Positions 32,421-42,031 of a stretch of 64,000 bases of DNA are shown here, one piece after another. The stretch is taken from contig OZ251539.1 of NCBI GenBank assembly GCA_965243135.1, positions 1,984,001 to 2,048,000 on the forward strand, written 5' to 3'. The first letter of the stretch is position 1, and each line of letters opens with the position of its first letter. Under the pieces are notes generated by a model that was not told where the DNA came from, ran no database searches, and saw only the letters and a list, made by a program, of their open reading frames with translations. This DNA comes from Alphaproteobacteria bacterium. GTDB taxonomy: Bacteria > Pseudomonadota > Alphaproteobacteria > MPNO01 > UBA830. A program made the position numbers and the translations under genes.

Positions 32421-33945
32421 ATGGCGAAACGCATGCTTCCGATCGGCTTGACCTCCCTCCGGAAAATCCGGACGAAAGACTGCTACTACGTCGACAAGAC
32501 GGACCATGTGCGCCGCCTCGTCGAAGAGGGCGATTACTATTTCCTGTCGCGTCCGCGCCGGTTCGGCAAGACCCTGCTGGTGGACACGCTGCAGGAGTTG
32601 TTCGAAGGAAGCGAGGAACTGTTCCGGGGCCTCGCCGTGCACGGCAGGTGGGACTGGTCGATACGTCATCCTGTCGTGCGGCTGGATTTCGGCGGGGGCG
32701 ATTTCGGCGACCCGGACGGAGTTCGGGAAGAAACGGAATCGCAACTGAAGGCGGCGGAGAGGCGGGCCGGCATCGAGCCGGGCAGCGCCAGAGTTTCGGT
32801 CCGCTTCCGGGAACTGATCGCGGACCTGCACGAACGCACCGGGCAGCGGGCGGTGGTTCTGGTGGACGAATACGACAAGCCGATCCTGGACGCGCTCGGC
32901 GACCGGGAGCTGGCGCGGGCCAACCGCGACTTCCTGCGCAGCCTGTACGGGGTGATCAAGGCCTGCGACAGGCATCTCCGTTTCGTTTTCCTGACGGGGG
33001 TGAGCAAGTTATCAGGCCTGTTCTCGGGCCTGAACAACCTGAACGACATCACGCTGGACGAGCGCTACGGCGACATCTGCGGTTACACCGAAGCGGAGCT
33101 GGACGCGGTCTTCGCCCCGGAGATCGAGGGCCTGGACCGGGACGAAATCCGCCGCTGGTACAACGGCTACAACTGGCTCGGACCGGAGAAGGTCTACAAC
33201 CCGTTCGGCCTCCTGCTGCTGTTCGACAAACGCAAGTTCGGCAACTACTGGTTCCATAGCGGCACGCCGACCTTCCTGGTCGAGACGCTGGCGCGCCGCG
33301 ACCTGCCCACTCCCGACCTGGACGGCATGATCGGCAGCGAGAGCCTGCTCTCGACCTTCGACGTGGACAATATCTCGGTCGAGGCGCTTCTGTTCCAGAC
33401 CGGCTACCTCACCATCGCCGGCGAGGAGGACGGGCGCTACAAGCTGGACTACCCGAACCTCGAGGTGCGCCGGAGCCTGGGCGAGGCCCTGCTGGGAGAA
33501 CTGCTCCCGGTCGAGGCGCGCAAGAAGACGGCGCGCCTGCGGCTGGGCGAACTGCTGGAAGCGAACGACTTCGAGCGCCTCGGAACCCTGTTCCGCGGCG
33601 TCTTCGCCGCCATCCCGCACCAATGGTACGCGACCAGCCCGGTCGCGAAGTACGAGGCCCACTACGCGAGCGTCCAGCTGCTTCCTGATGGAGGGCTTCG
33701 AGCCGGTGGCCGAGGACAGCGGCAGCCGGGGGCGCGCCGACATGGCGATCCGCGCCGGCGGGCGCGTCTACCTGTTCGAGTTCAAGGTGGTGGAGCGCGG
33801 GCGGGAGGGGACCGCGCTCGCGCAGTTGCGGGAGAAGGGCTGCGCGGACAAGTACCGCCACCTCGGGCGTTCGGTCCACCTGATCGGGGTGGAGTTCAGC
33901 CGCGAGGAGCGCAACGTCGTCGGGTTCGATTGCGAAACCGCCTGA
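32421..33945 (+). pseudogene. AAA-ATPase-like + PD-(D/E)XK nuclease protein, copy G (one frameshift near 33675)
   Basis: ORF from 32421 plus 33688-33945 give a full-length paralog; promoter variant TTGACG-N17-TAATCT. Confidence 0.9.
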
Positions 33946-34020
33946 ACGGCTTCCCGACACGGCCGCCTCCGCGAAAGAACGCCGCCCGCAGCGCGGGACA
34001 GGCCTGCCGCCGCCGACTTC

Positions 34021-34400
34021 TGTCAAGAACATTTTGAACTGGTAAGTGCCAAATTAATTGACCGCTTCCGTTGTGGTGGTTGGGCCTGTGGGGAAGTGGT
34101 CAGGCGCGAAGCGGCTGTCCACGCCTCCGGCGCGTCGAAGCGGGTCACGCGGCCTGCCGGGTTGCGGTCGGAGACCCGTCGGCCTGGTAGAGAGCGAGGC
34201 GTCTGGGGCCGTGGAAGACGGCAAGGGTATGGTCGGGGTACTCGTGGACCCGGACCCTGGCCTTGACGTAGTGGTGACGGTCGGCCTGCAGGGTGCGTCC
34301 CTTGTACTGCACCGTGTTGTCGTTCGAGACGGTCCTCGTGGACGCAGAGGATGTCGTCCAGGCCGCCGGCGAAGGGCACGAAGGCCGACCCCCTCGGGCG
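34021..34400 (-). mobile_element. 3' remnant of the IS1202-like element
   Basis: TGTCAAGAACATTTTGAACTGG end; homologous to ~3835-4226. Confidence 0.88.
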
Positions 34401-34431
34401 GGGTCGCGAAGCGCCGGCCGCGCGCGCGAAG

Positions 34432-34773
34432 TCAACGAGGCTTCGGCGCCCCTGGAGGGCGGCTTTCGCTGTCCGGCGCCGTCCGGCTTCTCTGCGCGCC
34501 GAGCACGGCGAGACTCCACCCGTCGAGCCTTCCCTTGGCCACCCGTTCGCCAAGTTTGGACACCTCGCCGCGGAGCGACGCGACATCGGCTCGCAGCGAA
34601 GTGAAATCGCGGCGCAATCCCGCGATGCTTTCGTTCGTGGACGTCCGCGACGCCTCCAATCTCTCGTTCATGTCCATGCGCAACACTGCGATTTCCCTGC
34701 TCGTAGCCATGCGTCCTTCCAACGCGGCCAGCGCAATCCCGACTCCGAGTATGGTCCGCAATTCCGTCTTCAT
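34432..34773 (-). CDS. Small N-anchored coiled-coil protein, short allele
   Basis: MKTELRTILGVGIALAAL...STNESIAGLR (one unit); 34408-34889 is a direct repeat of 38133-38723. Confidence 0.6.
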   Translation of the reverse strand: MKTELRTILGVGIALAALEGRMATSREIAVLRMDMNERLEASRTSTNESIAGLRRDFTSLRADVASLRGEVSKLGERVAKGRLDGWSLAVLGAQRSRTAPDSESRPPGAPKPR

Positions 34774-35089
34774 CGTTCCGTACCTCCGGGACGCCCCCGG
34801 CAGCCTCTCGCCGGAGCCGGTTGCAGCCTCAAGCTCCTCTTCCGCCCGACCAGCTGCAACCGGCGGAATAGCAGGAATCGCTCCCGAGGCCTTGCGCCTC
34901 CGCCGCCTGCCGATCTTTGCCTCCGGCATCCACGAGGCGCCGTCCGCCGCTGTCGACGGAATTCGGGAACCTCTCCGACGAGAACGAGCCGGGGACCTCC
35001 CTCCCTGCCCGTGCCCCGTGGACTATCCTCCGTCCTCAAGCTCCCGGAAACGAGCCCTGGCGGCGAGTTGAACGTAGCCGTTCCGCTTC

Positions 35090-35360
35090 CGCGCCTGGCG
35101 GGTTGCGCTTGAAATGCCCTCCGAGGCGCGCGGGCGGCAAGGAGTTCGCGGCCCGCAAGAAGGTCGCGGAAGCTGCATCGTTTTTCTTCGCTCGACCGCG
35201 CCGACGACGCGGGCTGAACGAGCGCGCCAACGGGACGGTCCGCCCGCGCTTTCCGAAGACGGCCGACCTCCGCAAGGCGGGCCTTGCGGACATCGAGGAT
35301 CTGCGCGGCCCCGCCGCTGCGGCGCTCGCAGGGCTCCGCCCGGAAAATTACGGAACCGCA
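35090..35360 (+). mobile_element. IS30-family transposase remnant
   Basis: GKEFA...FFFARP...RGLNERANG.VR.RFPKT resembles the IS30 DDE core. Confidence 0.6.
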
Positions 35361-35545
35361 AGCCGCTCTTGCCGCGGCCGCCTCGACGCCGCCCTGCCGA
35401 CGAGCCGCCGGGCGAAGGGCGGTCCGCAACAGTCCGGCGCCCGGGAGGGAGACGCGCGTCGCGGCGATTCGTCCGTCGGCAACGACGGCTCCCGCAAAGG
35501 GCCTGTCGCCCCCTGGCGGGGTCGCTGCGGCGCAAACGCCTCTCG

Positions 35546-36160
35546 TTACAGGAGCTTGACCAGGATGGCGACGAGCCCGACGGTGGCCGTGCCGGCGCCG
35601 AGGGCGGTGCTGATAGCGATGCGGAGGATTTTGCTTTCGAGTCCCGAGATCCCGGCGTCGATCTTGGCCTCTATCTTGGCCTCTATCTTGGCGCTCTCGG
35701 ACTTGATTTCGCCGCGGAGCAGATCCGCGGTCTTGTCGATCTTGCCGTCGATCTGCGCAATGTCGGACTTGAAGTCGCCGCGGAGCTGCGCAATGTCGGA
35801 CTTGAAGTCGCCGCGAAGCTGCGCCGCGGTCTTGTCGAGTTTGACTTCGAGCTGCGCAATGTCGGACTTGAAGTCGCCGCGAAGCTGCGCCGCGGTCTTG
35901 TCGATCTTGCCGTCGAGTTTGACTTCGAGCTGCGCTATTTCGGACTTGAAGCCGCCGCGAAGTTGCGCCGCGGTGCTGTCGATCTTGGCGTCGAGCCTGG
36001 AGATGTCGCCTTTGAGATCGCCGATGTCCAGCTTTGTCGCGACGCCTTCGGTGAGAGCGTCTCCAGTCATGACGACGACGGCGTCGGCTTGATTCTCGGG
36101 AAATCCGGCCGCCGTGAGAGCCTGTTTGGCGCGGAGCGTGTCGAAGGCGACTGCAGGCAT
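35546..36160 (-). CDS. DUF1640/CCDC90-like coiled-coil protein with C-terminal membrane anchor
   Basis: AFDTL...AAGF.E.QADA..., ATKLDI, repeated AQLRGDFKSDI units, hydrophobic tail; GGAGG before ATG. Confidence 0.8.
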   Translation of the reverse strand: MPAVAFDTLRAKQALTAAGFPENQADAVVVMTGDALTEGVATKLDIGDLKGDISRLDAKIDSTAAQLRGGFKSEIAQLEVKLDGKIDKTAAQLRGDFKSDIAQLEVKLDKTAAQLRGDFKSDIAQLRGDFKSDIAQIDGKIDKTADLLRGEIKSESAKIEAKIEAKIDAGISGLESKILRIAISTALGAGTATVGLVAILVKLL

Positions 36161-36575
36161 GGCTTCCTCCTGAAGACTAAGCGAGGTCGAGACGTCCGGC
36201 GACAATCTCCCGAACCGGGCGGAGAATGCGCGAAAACGCTCCTCCGGTCAACCCGCTGATAGGGAAACCGCGAAGAAGCCGCTCAAGAGCCCGCCCTCGA
36301 CGCCGGAAACTTCGTCGCAGCCGAGGCGGCGGCAACGCAGGGGCCGACCGTCCGGCGGTCCAGCGGCGCGGCGCAAGGGCGGCCGCGGAAGGCGACCCGG
36401 CAGGGCGAAGCGGCCGGCAAGCTGGCGTGGCGGCAGGAGCCGGGGTGCCCGCGCGGCGGGTTCGCGGTCAACGGACCTACCGGCGCACGGAGGACGACAA
36501 GAAGTCGGCGGCACTCCTGGCGAAGCGGCGGGAAGCGCCGCGCCCGCGTCGGGTGGACATGCCTCCGAAGGCCGG

Positions 36576-36686
36576 TCATTTCCTCTTGGGCGGGTTGTTG
36601 TCCCGGCCGCCGCCGGACGGCCCGCCGTCCTTGGTTTTGGTGGGCCAACCGGCGCCCTGCTTCCCGCCGCCGCCTTGTTTCGCCAT
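36576..36686 (-). CDS. 36-aa Gly/Pro/Lys-rich small protein
   Basis: MAKQGGGGKQGAGWPTKTKDGGPSGGGRDNNPPKRK* preceded by AGGAAGGAGCC; absent from the ORF track because of its length. Confidence 0.6.
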   Translation of the reverse strand: MAKQGGGGKQGAGWPTKTKDGGPSGGGRDNNPPKRK

Positions 36687-38156
36687 GGCTCCTTCCTATT
36701 CGGTCTCGTCGCGAGAGAACTCTCGCCATGAAACATATGCCCGGAACGCGATGCAACCCTCGCGAGCCGACCGCCGGACCCGAAACCATCCCCGGTCCAA
36801 CGCCCTCTGGCCGCTCGCCGCCGTCTTCCAGTTTCCGGCGTCCGCCGCCGAGACTTGGCATCGCCTGCGCGCCGCCTGTGCGCCGTAAAGGTTTTGCTGA
36901 ACTCCGGCCGGCCGGTTCGCTACGGCGCCCGGCATGGAAATCCGGAATCTTGGTTCGGCAAAGCCTCCGGGACGATTTCGTGCGCTTGCAGGGGTTGCTG
37001 GCGAACGAGGTCTTCGCCTGCCGCAGCGAGGCCGCGCGTGCGCAACGTTCGGGTTTCGGGACGGACTTGGCCGCCTGCAGCGAGCGGGCTGCCTGAAGGC
37101 GTCGGCGGAACTTCGGGGCGGCGTGCGCTGCCGTCGCCGACGCGGGATGGCGCGCGGCGTCCGCGGCGCCTTGCGGAGCCGGTTCCTCCGCCGAAGAGCG
37201 CGCCGGAGGGAGCGGTCGAGGGTCTGGAGCCGGCGCCGGGCATCGCCGGTTGTGGAACGAGGCCGCCTGCACCGCCTGCGCGCGAACCGTCGGCGGCGCA
37301 GTTGGCGGGCTGCCGGTTGCGTCGCGGGGCTGGCCGGGGGCTGTCGGGTTCGCGGCGTCGGCGCGCAGGCTCGCGTGTCGCGACCGTCGGCTGGGGCGAC
37401 GACAGGCGGCGCGCTTGTTCGCGCCGGGTCGTGTGCCCGTCGCGGTTCCTGGCCCGGGCGCCGCATGTGTTGAGCGGCGCGGTCCGCAGGGTGGGGCGCG
37501 CTACGGCTGCCGCCCGTCCGGAGACCTTCGTAGTGCGGGATCGAGCTTTCGGGCGCCGGACCCTGCGCGCGCTGCTGGGCCGCGGCGCCCGAAGAAATCG
37601 CCGACGGCGTTCGCTTCGTCCTTTCGGCGCCGTCGATAACGGGCAATCGCGCTCGGCGGCGGCCCGTTCCGCGGGCGACCCCGGAGCGGCGGCATGTCCG
37701 CCGCGACGCCGCGGACGGAAGCCGTTCGCGGGCGTTCCGCGACGGAAAGCGCGCGCAGGGTCTTCGTGAACGCTCTCGTTCCGCTCGCCGTCGCGAACGC
37801 GACGGCGCGCAACGGGTAAACCTGGAGGTCGGAGAGGCGGCCCGGACACGCTGTCGAACGTGCCGTGCCGCGAGCGGCTCGCCGCCAGGGCGCGAAAGCG
37901 GCCGTGTACGTCGATCCGGTCGAGACGCTCGCCGGGCGGATAGCCTCGCTGCGCCTGGAAGAATCGGAGGTCGCGGCGGCGAAGCTGCGGGTCGAAAAGC
38001 TGGACGTTTTCGCCGACGCGGCCAGCGTCGGGGCTCGCGAAGAAAGCGACCGGACGGCGCCGGACGTTCGCAACCGGTCCGCGTTTCGCCGCGAGGGCGA
38101 CGGCCCCGTTCTTTTTTCGGGACGCGGTTCCGGAAGCGCCGGCCGCGCACGCGAAG

Positions 38157-38609
38157 TCAACGAGGCTTCGGCTCCCCTGGAGGGCGGCTTTCGCCGTCCG
38201 GCGCCGTCCGGCTTCTCTGCGCGCCGAGCACGGCGAGACTCCACCCGTCGAGCCTTCCCTCGATATTGGCCACCCGTTCGCCAAGTTTGGACACCTCGCC
38301 ACGGAGCGACGCGACATCGGCTCGCAGCGAAGTGAAATCTTGGCGCAATCCCGCGATGCTTTCGTTCGTCGATATGCGCAATGCCTCAATGCTCTCGTTC
38401 GTCGATATGCGCAATCCCGCGATGCTTTCGTTCGTCGATATGCGCAATGCCTCAATGCTCTCGTTCGTGGACGCCCGCGACGCCTCGAATCTCTCGTTCA
38501 TGTCCATGCGCAACACTGCGATTTCCCTGCTCGTAGCCATGCGTCCTTCCACGATCAACGCAGCCAGCGCAATCCCGACGCCGAGTATGGTCCACAATTC
38601 CGTCTTCAT
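38157..38609 (-). CDS. Small N-anchored coiled-coil protein, long allele with four 11-aa repeats
   Basis: STNESIEALRI/STNESIAGLRI 33-bp tandem units; hydrophobic N-terminus. Confidence 0.75.
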   Translation of the reverse strand: MKTELWTILGVGIALAALIVEGRMATSREIAVLRMDMNERFEASRASTNESIEALRISTNESIAGLRISTNESIEALRISTNESIAGLRQDFTSLRADVASLRGEVSKLGERVANIEGRLDGWSLAVLGAQRSRTAPDGESRPPGEPKPR

Positions 38610-38838
38610 CGTTCCGTACCTCCGGGACGCCCCGGCAGCCTCTCGCCGGAGCCAGTTGCAGCCTCAAACTCCTCTTCCGCCCGACCAGCTGCAACGGACA
38701 AAATAGCAGGAATCGCTCCCGAGCGCCTGACAAATGCGCCCAGGCCTCGCTATTTTTTTTGCGTCGCACCGCGCTGGCCCCAACCGGTGGACCGGACATG
38801 CCTGCGGCTTGGCCACGGCGGTCTTTGGTGCCATTTTC

Positions 38839-39048
38839 GTTGTGTAACCAACCACGAACCGCAGACCACGCAAAACCGTTCCGCGAGATTTTTTCGCGGC
38901 GGCGCTCGCCGTTCGAGAGGAGCGTGACGCCGAGGGCTGTCCCGTGTCGCCCTGTCTTCACGCCGCGCCGCCCGAACGCAAAACGGTTATGTCGGGCCGG
39001 GAGAACCACGCCCAAGGCACATACTACGGGGCGAACAGGCGCCGAGCG
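38839..39048 (-). mobile_element. MITE-like repeat copy 6 (diverged), inside copy 2 of the ~240-bp repeat
   Basis: Homology to 12174-12403; flanks ~38750-38838 and 39049-39180 match 385-620. Confidence 0.75.
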
Positions 39049-39189
39049 TTGGGGGCAGGGAGAGGGAGAAGCGGAGAAGAGAGGGGGTCGGCGCCACGTC
39101 GGCGAGGCGTCAAGGCAGGAGAATGGCCCCCTTTTGGCGGTCGAGCGGTCCGCGTAGCTTGCGCGACGCCGTCGAAAGCCCTGTGAACG

Positions 39190-39440
39190 CGCAGGCGACG
39201 TTGGTCGCATTGTTTGCGGGGCCGAAGCCGACGCTGAACTGCGAGTCGTCTTCCCGGAAGTTGACGTCGCGCGGGTTCTTGTTCTCGACGCTCCAGTGTC
39301 CACGGTTGAAGGCGAGCGATTCCCTGGCGTCAGCCTCGGCCAGGGAGGTGATGCCGTAGGCGTGTTGTTTGTATGCCGGTCTTCATAATCTCCCGTTCGC
39401 GGGTAACGCGGAATATCTGCTTGACGTGAGGGTAGCGCGC
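39190..39440 (-). mobile_element. ISAs1-family transposase remnant
   Basis: QIFRVTRERE...AYGITSL...RGHWSVEN...RDVNFREDDS. Confidence 0.7.
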
Positions 39441-39614
39441 CCGGGAGGGGCCTGACGACGTGGCGTTGAACGCCCGTGGGCGGGGTCGGCTTCCTCGGAA
39501 AAACCGGCGTCCGCTTCCCAGTTTATCGTCTCCAGATGTTTGCACGTCTCGGGCGAGTTGCCCTTGCAAGAGGGAATCGGGCGTTTCGACGCCGGCGGTA
39601 TCCTTGGTCGTGTG

Positions 39615-41263
39615 CAGAAATTCCCGCTAAGGTGGCCGCCCTTTGCGAAAGGCGCGTCGAGATAGCGTCGTTACCGAGGGACCAGCCGCCGCGACGCACC
39701 TTCCCCGCTTCGGCTTGGTGCCGACTTAGCCTTGACCATCCTGTTTCCCCTGAAAAACTTGCTTTAGCACATTCGGTCACGGTGCCAGGTCAGGAGGTGT
39801 CGTAGGGAATTCCCTCTGCTTTCCGGTATCCAAACGCGATCATTCGGTAGAGTGTTTCCCAGTCCTTCAAGAAGTATTCGAGAAACAATCCCCGCGCCTT
39901 TTCCCAGAAGTAAATGGGCCGCTTGGCCTTCGTTTGCGCCTGTTGGAACAGTTTGCAACATCGCTGTTGAATCTGGTCAATCAGGAACGCCAGCATCATC
40001 AGGAACGCAAAGACCGTCGACAGATTCTTGTTACCGTGACCGAAGTTGTGCTCAAAGCAGTAGCCTTGGTTCTTCAGGGTGTTGAAAGTTTCGTTCTCGA
40101 TCTTCCAGCGCGCCCGCCCGGTGCGCATCAACTCCATCAGGTTCCCTTCGTCAATTGGCAGATCCGTGACCCAGGAGAAACGTTGTTTCTTGCCGTTTGG
40201 GAGCTTCTCCCAGTATTCGAGAAAGTTCACTTTGAGGTCGAAGTGCGTATCGTTCAGAGGCACTCCGTTAAGATACCGGAATTCGTGCCGTATGTTGTCA
40301 CCGTCCGTGAACTCCCGGCGCTCCACGGACGGCGCGTTGTTGACCCACTCGAACAGGAACTTGTGGTCGCCGGGCTTCGCCCCCAGTATGAAACGCATGT
40401 CTAACTCCTTGAGAAGATTGGCATGCGGTCCGTTCGAGGCCAGCCCATCTTCCAACACAACCAGCTTCAGGTGCGGGTGTTCGCGACGCACATCTTTCAG
40501 AAGCCGTTTCGCTGCGTTGCGTTCGCAATCGTTCTTTTTTGCGCCGTCTTCCTTCAGGATCGGTTCCGGTGCAAACGGAAAAACCTCCTTTTGTTCCGGA
40601 TGCACCAGAACGGCTCCCAACATCTGGTGGTAGTAGGTAATCGTACCGTCGCGGTGGTGTTTCTCGCAGCAATTTTTACAGTGCACCTTGTCCGACGAGA
40701 AGTATCCCGTTCCATCGATCGAAAGAGCGTAATGCCCGTTCAGACAAGTGTATTCTTCCAATCCCTTGCCTCGTTGCAAAACCTGGAACATCTTCGTGAA
40801 ACAACGCCGCAATTGCCGCGGACAGACTTCGTCAAGCCGTTCGCGCATCGCAGTGTCCGACGGCACGCGCTTGACGCCGTATAAGGTCGCGAGGTTGTGC
40901 CGAACCACTTCGTCGGCGTGCGCGGCCTCGTCGAATTGCAGAAGCGACGCATACTTCATACCGAACACCGCTAGACCCGACATCAGACAGTCCGTCTGGT
41001 TCAGCCCCCTGCTCGCGATCGGATCTTCGATACGGTCGAAACAAGCTCGCACTTCCTTCAGCAATCCCGGAGCGCTGAGCGTCTTGCGCATGCCTGGCAT
41101 TCTGGCCATTTTGGTTACAATCCCGCCTCGCCTTCGGACCACTTTCCAGAGAAAAATGCTCCGCTCGAAGGCAAATAGCCCCGAATCACCTCGAAAAGTC
41201 CACGAAAGACTTTTTTCCGGCCCCATATTTTTCAAGGGTTTCGAGCCTTAGCGGGAATTGCTG
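39615..41263 (-). mobile_element. Complete ISNCY/IS4-like insertion sequence (1649 bp) with 9-bp TSD
   Basis: TIRs CAGAAATTCCCGCTAAGG / CCTTAGCGGGAATTGCTG; TSD GGTCGTGTG at 39606-39614 and 41264-41272; visibly lower GC than the flanks. Confidence 0.92.
39790..41109 (-). CDS. DDE transposase (ISNCY/IS4-like), intact
   Basis: SIDGTG, LEDGL and GRARWKIENETFNTLKNQGYCFEHNFGHG motifs. Confidence 0.92.
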   Translation of the reverse strand: MARMPGMRKTLSAPGLLKEVRACFDRIEDPIASRGLNQTDCLMSGLAVFGMKYASLLQFDEAAHADEVVRHNLATLYGVKRVPSDTAMRERLDEVCPRQLRRCFTKMFQVLQRGKGLEEYTCLNGHYALSIDGTGYFSSDKVHCKNCCEKHHRDGTITYYHQMLGAVLVHPEQKEVFPFAPEPILKEDGAKKNDCERNAAKRLLKDVRREHPHLKLVVLEDGLASNGPHANLLKELDMRFILGAKPGDHKFLFEWVNNAPSVERREFTDGDNIRHEFRYLNGVPLNDTHFDLKVNFLEYWEKLPNGKKQRFSWVTDLPIDEGNLMELMRTGRARWKIENETFNTLKNQGYCFEHNFGHGNKNLSTVFAFLMMLAFLIDQIQQRCCKLFQQAQTKAKRPIYFWEKARGLFLEYFLKDWETLYRMIAFGYRKAEGIPYDTS

Positions 41264-41424
41264 GGTCGTGTGAAGGGCGACACGGCCCGACACGTCGACA
41301 GTTTCAAGCAGTGCGCGGACGGCGGCGGTCTCTCCGCCTTCAAAGCCGATGCTGGCGAAGCCCGTGTTGTGCTCGACCAGGGTTGCGATTTCGGTGGAGC
41401 CGGTGCGGTTGGCCCGGGCGCTTG

Positions 41425-42031
41425 CCGTCCCGCGCCGCCGACATGCGCTTCCCGCAGGTTGGCAGCCCGTTCATCGCCGGCGGCGCCTCGCAGAGGCGGC
41501 GGCGCTCCGTCCCCGCTTCGCAATCTTCGGCAAAGGAAAGGCCCGGGCCGTCGCCGGGCGTCGCGTCGCCGCCGCCATTCTCGCGCGGCGTCGCCGTTCC
41601 CGGGCGCCCGCCCCTCGCGGCAGGCTTCCAGGCTTGCCTGCGAGGCATCGCCGCGCCGCCGCGCGCGGACGGAAAACAGCCGGTCTCGCGACCGCCGTCC
41701 CGTCTCGGCCACCCGGACGGCGACTCCTTGCGCGCCGGGTCCGCTGACGACGGCGCCCCCGACGGCGCCCAACCTCTCCGCCGCATCCCTCCCGCGCGAG
41801 GCGGCCTTCGCCATCGTCGATCCTGACTTCTATTTTGGCGCTCTCGACCTTGATTTCGCCGCGGAGCTGCGCCGCGGTCTTGTCGATCTTGGCGTCGAGT
41901 TTGACTTCGAGCTGCGCGATGTCGGCGTCGAGCCGAAGCGGGAAAGGTGTGTCGCGACGGCTGGTCCCTTGGCAACGATGCTATCTCGACGCGCCTTTCG
42001 CAAAGGGCAGCCACCTTGGCGGGAATTTCTG
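41425..42031. repeat. Patchwork of fragments: autotransporter-like segment, DUF1640 piece and ISNCY end
   Basis: ~41425-41820 resembles ~4995-5340; ~41830-41925 resembles ~35685-35860; ~41930-42031 is an inverted copy of 39615-39720. Confidence 0.7.

Noticed and set aside
27566-34020. Tandem array as an integron cassette array or CRISPR
   Set aside because: The spacers lack attC R''/R' boxes, no integron integrase is present, the units are paralogous genes with promoter-like spacers, and no short repeat-spacer pattern or cas genes occur in the window.
36700-38130. Very GC-rich stretch with several overlapping ORFs
   Set aside because: No consistent coding frame or motif; probably pseudogene debris that cannot be assigned without a search.
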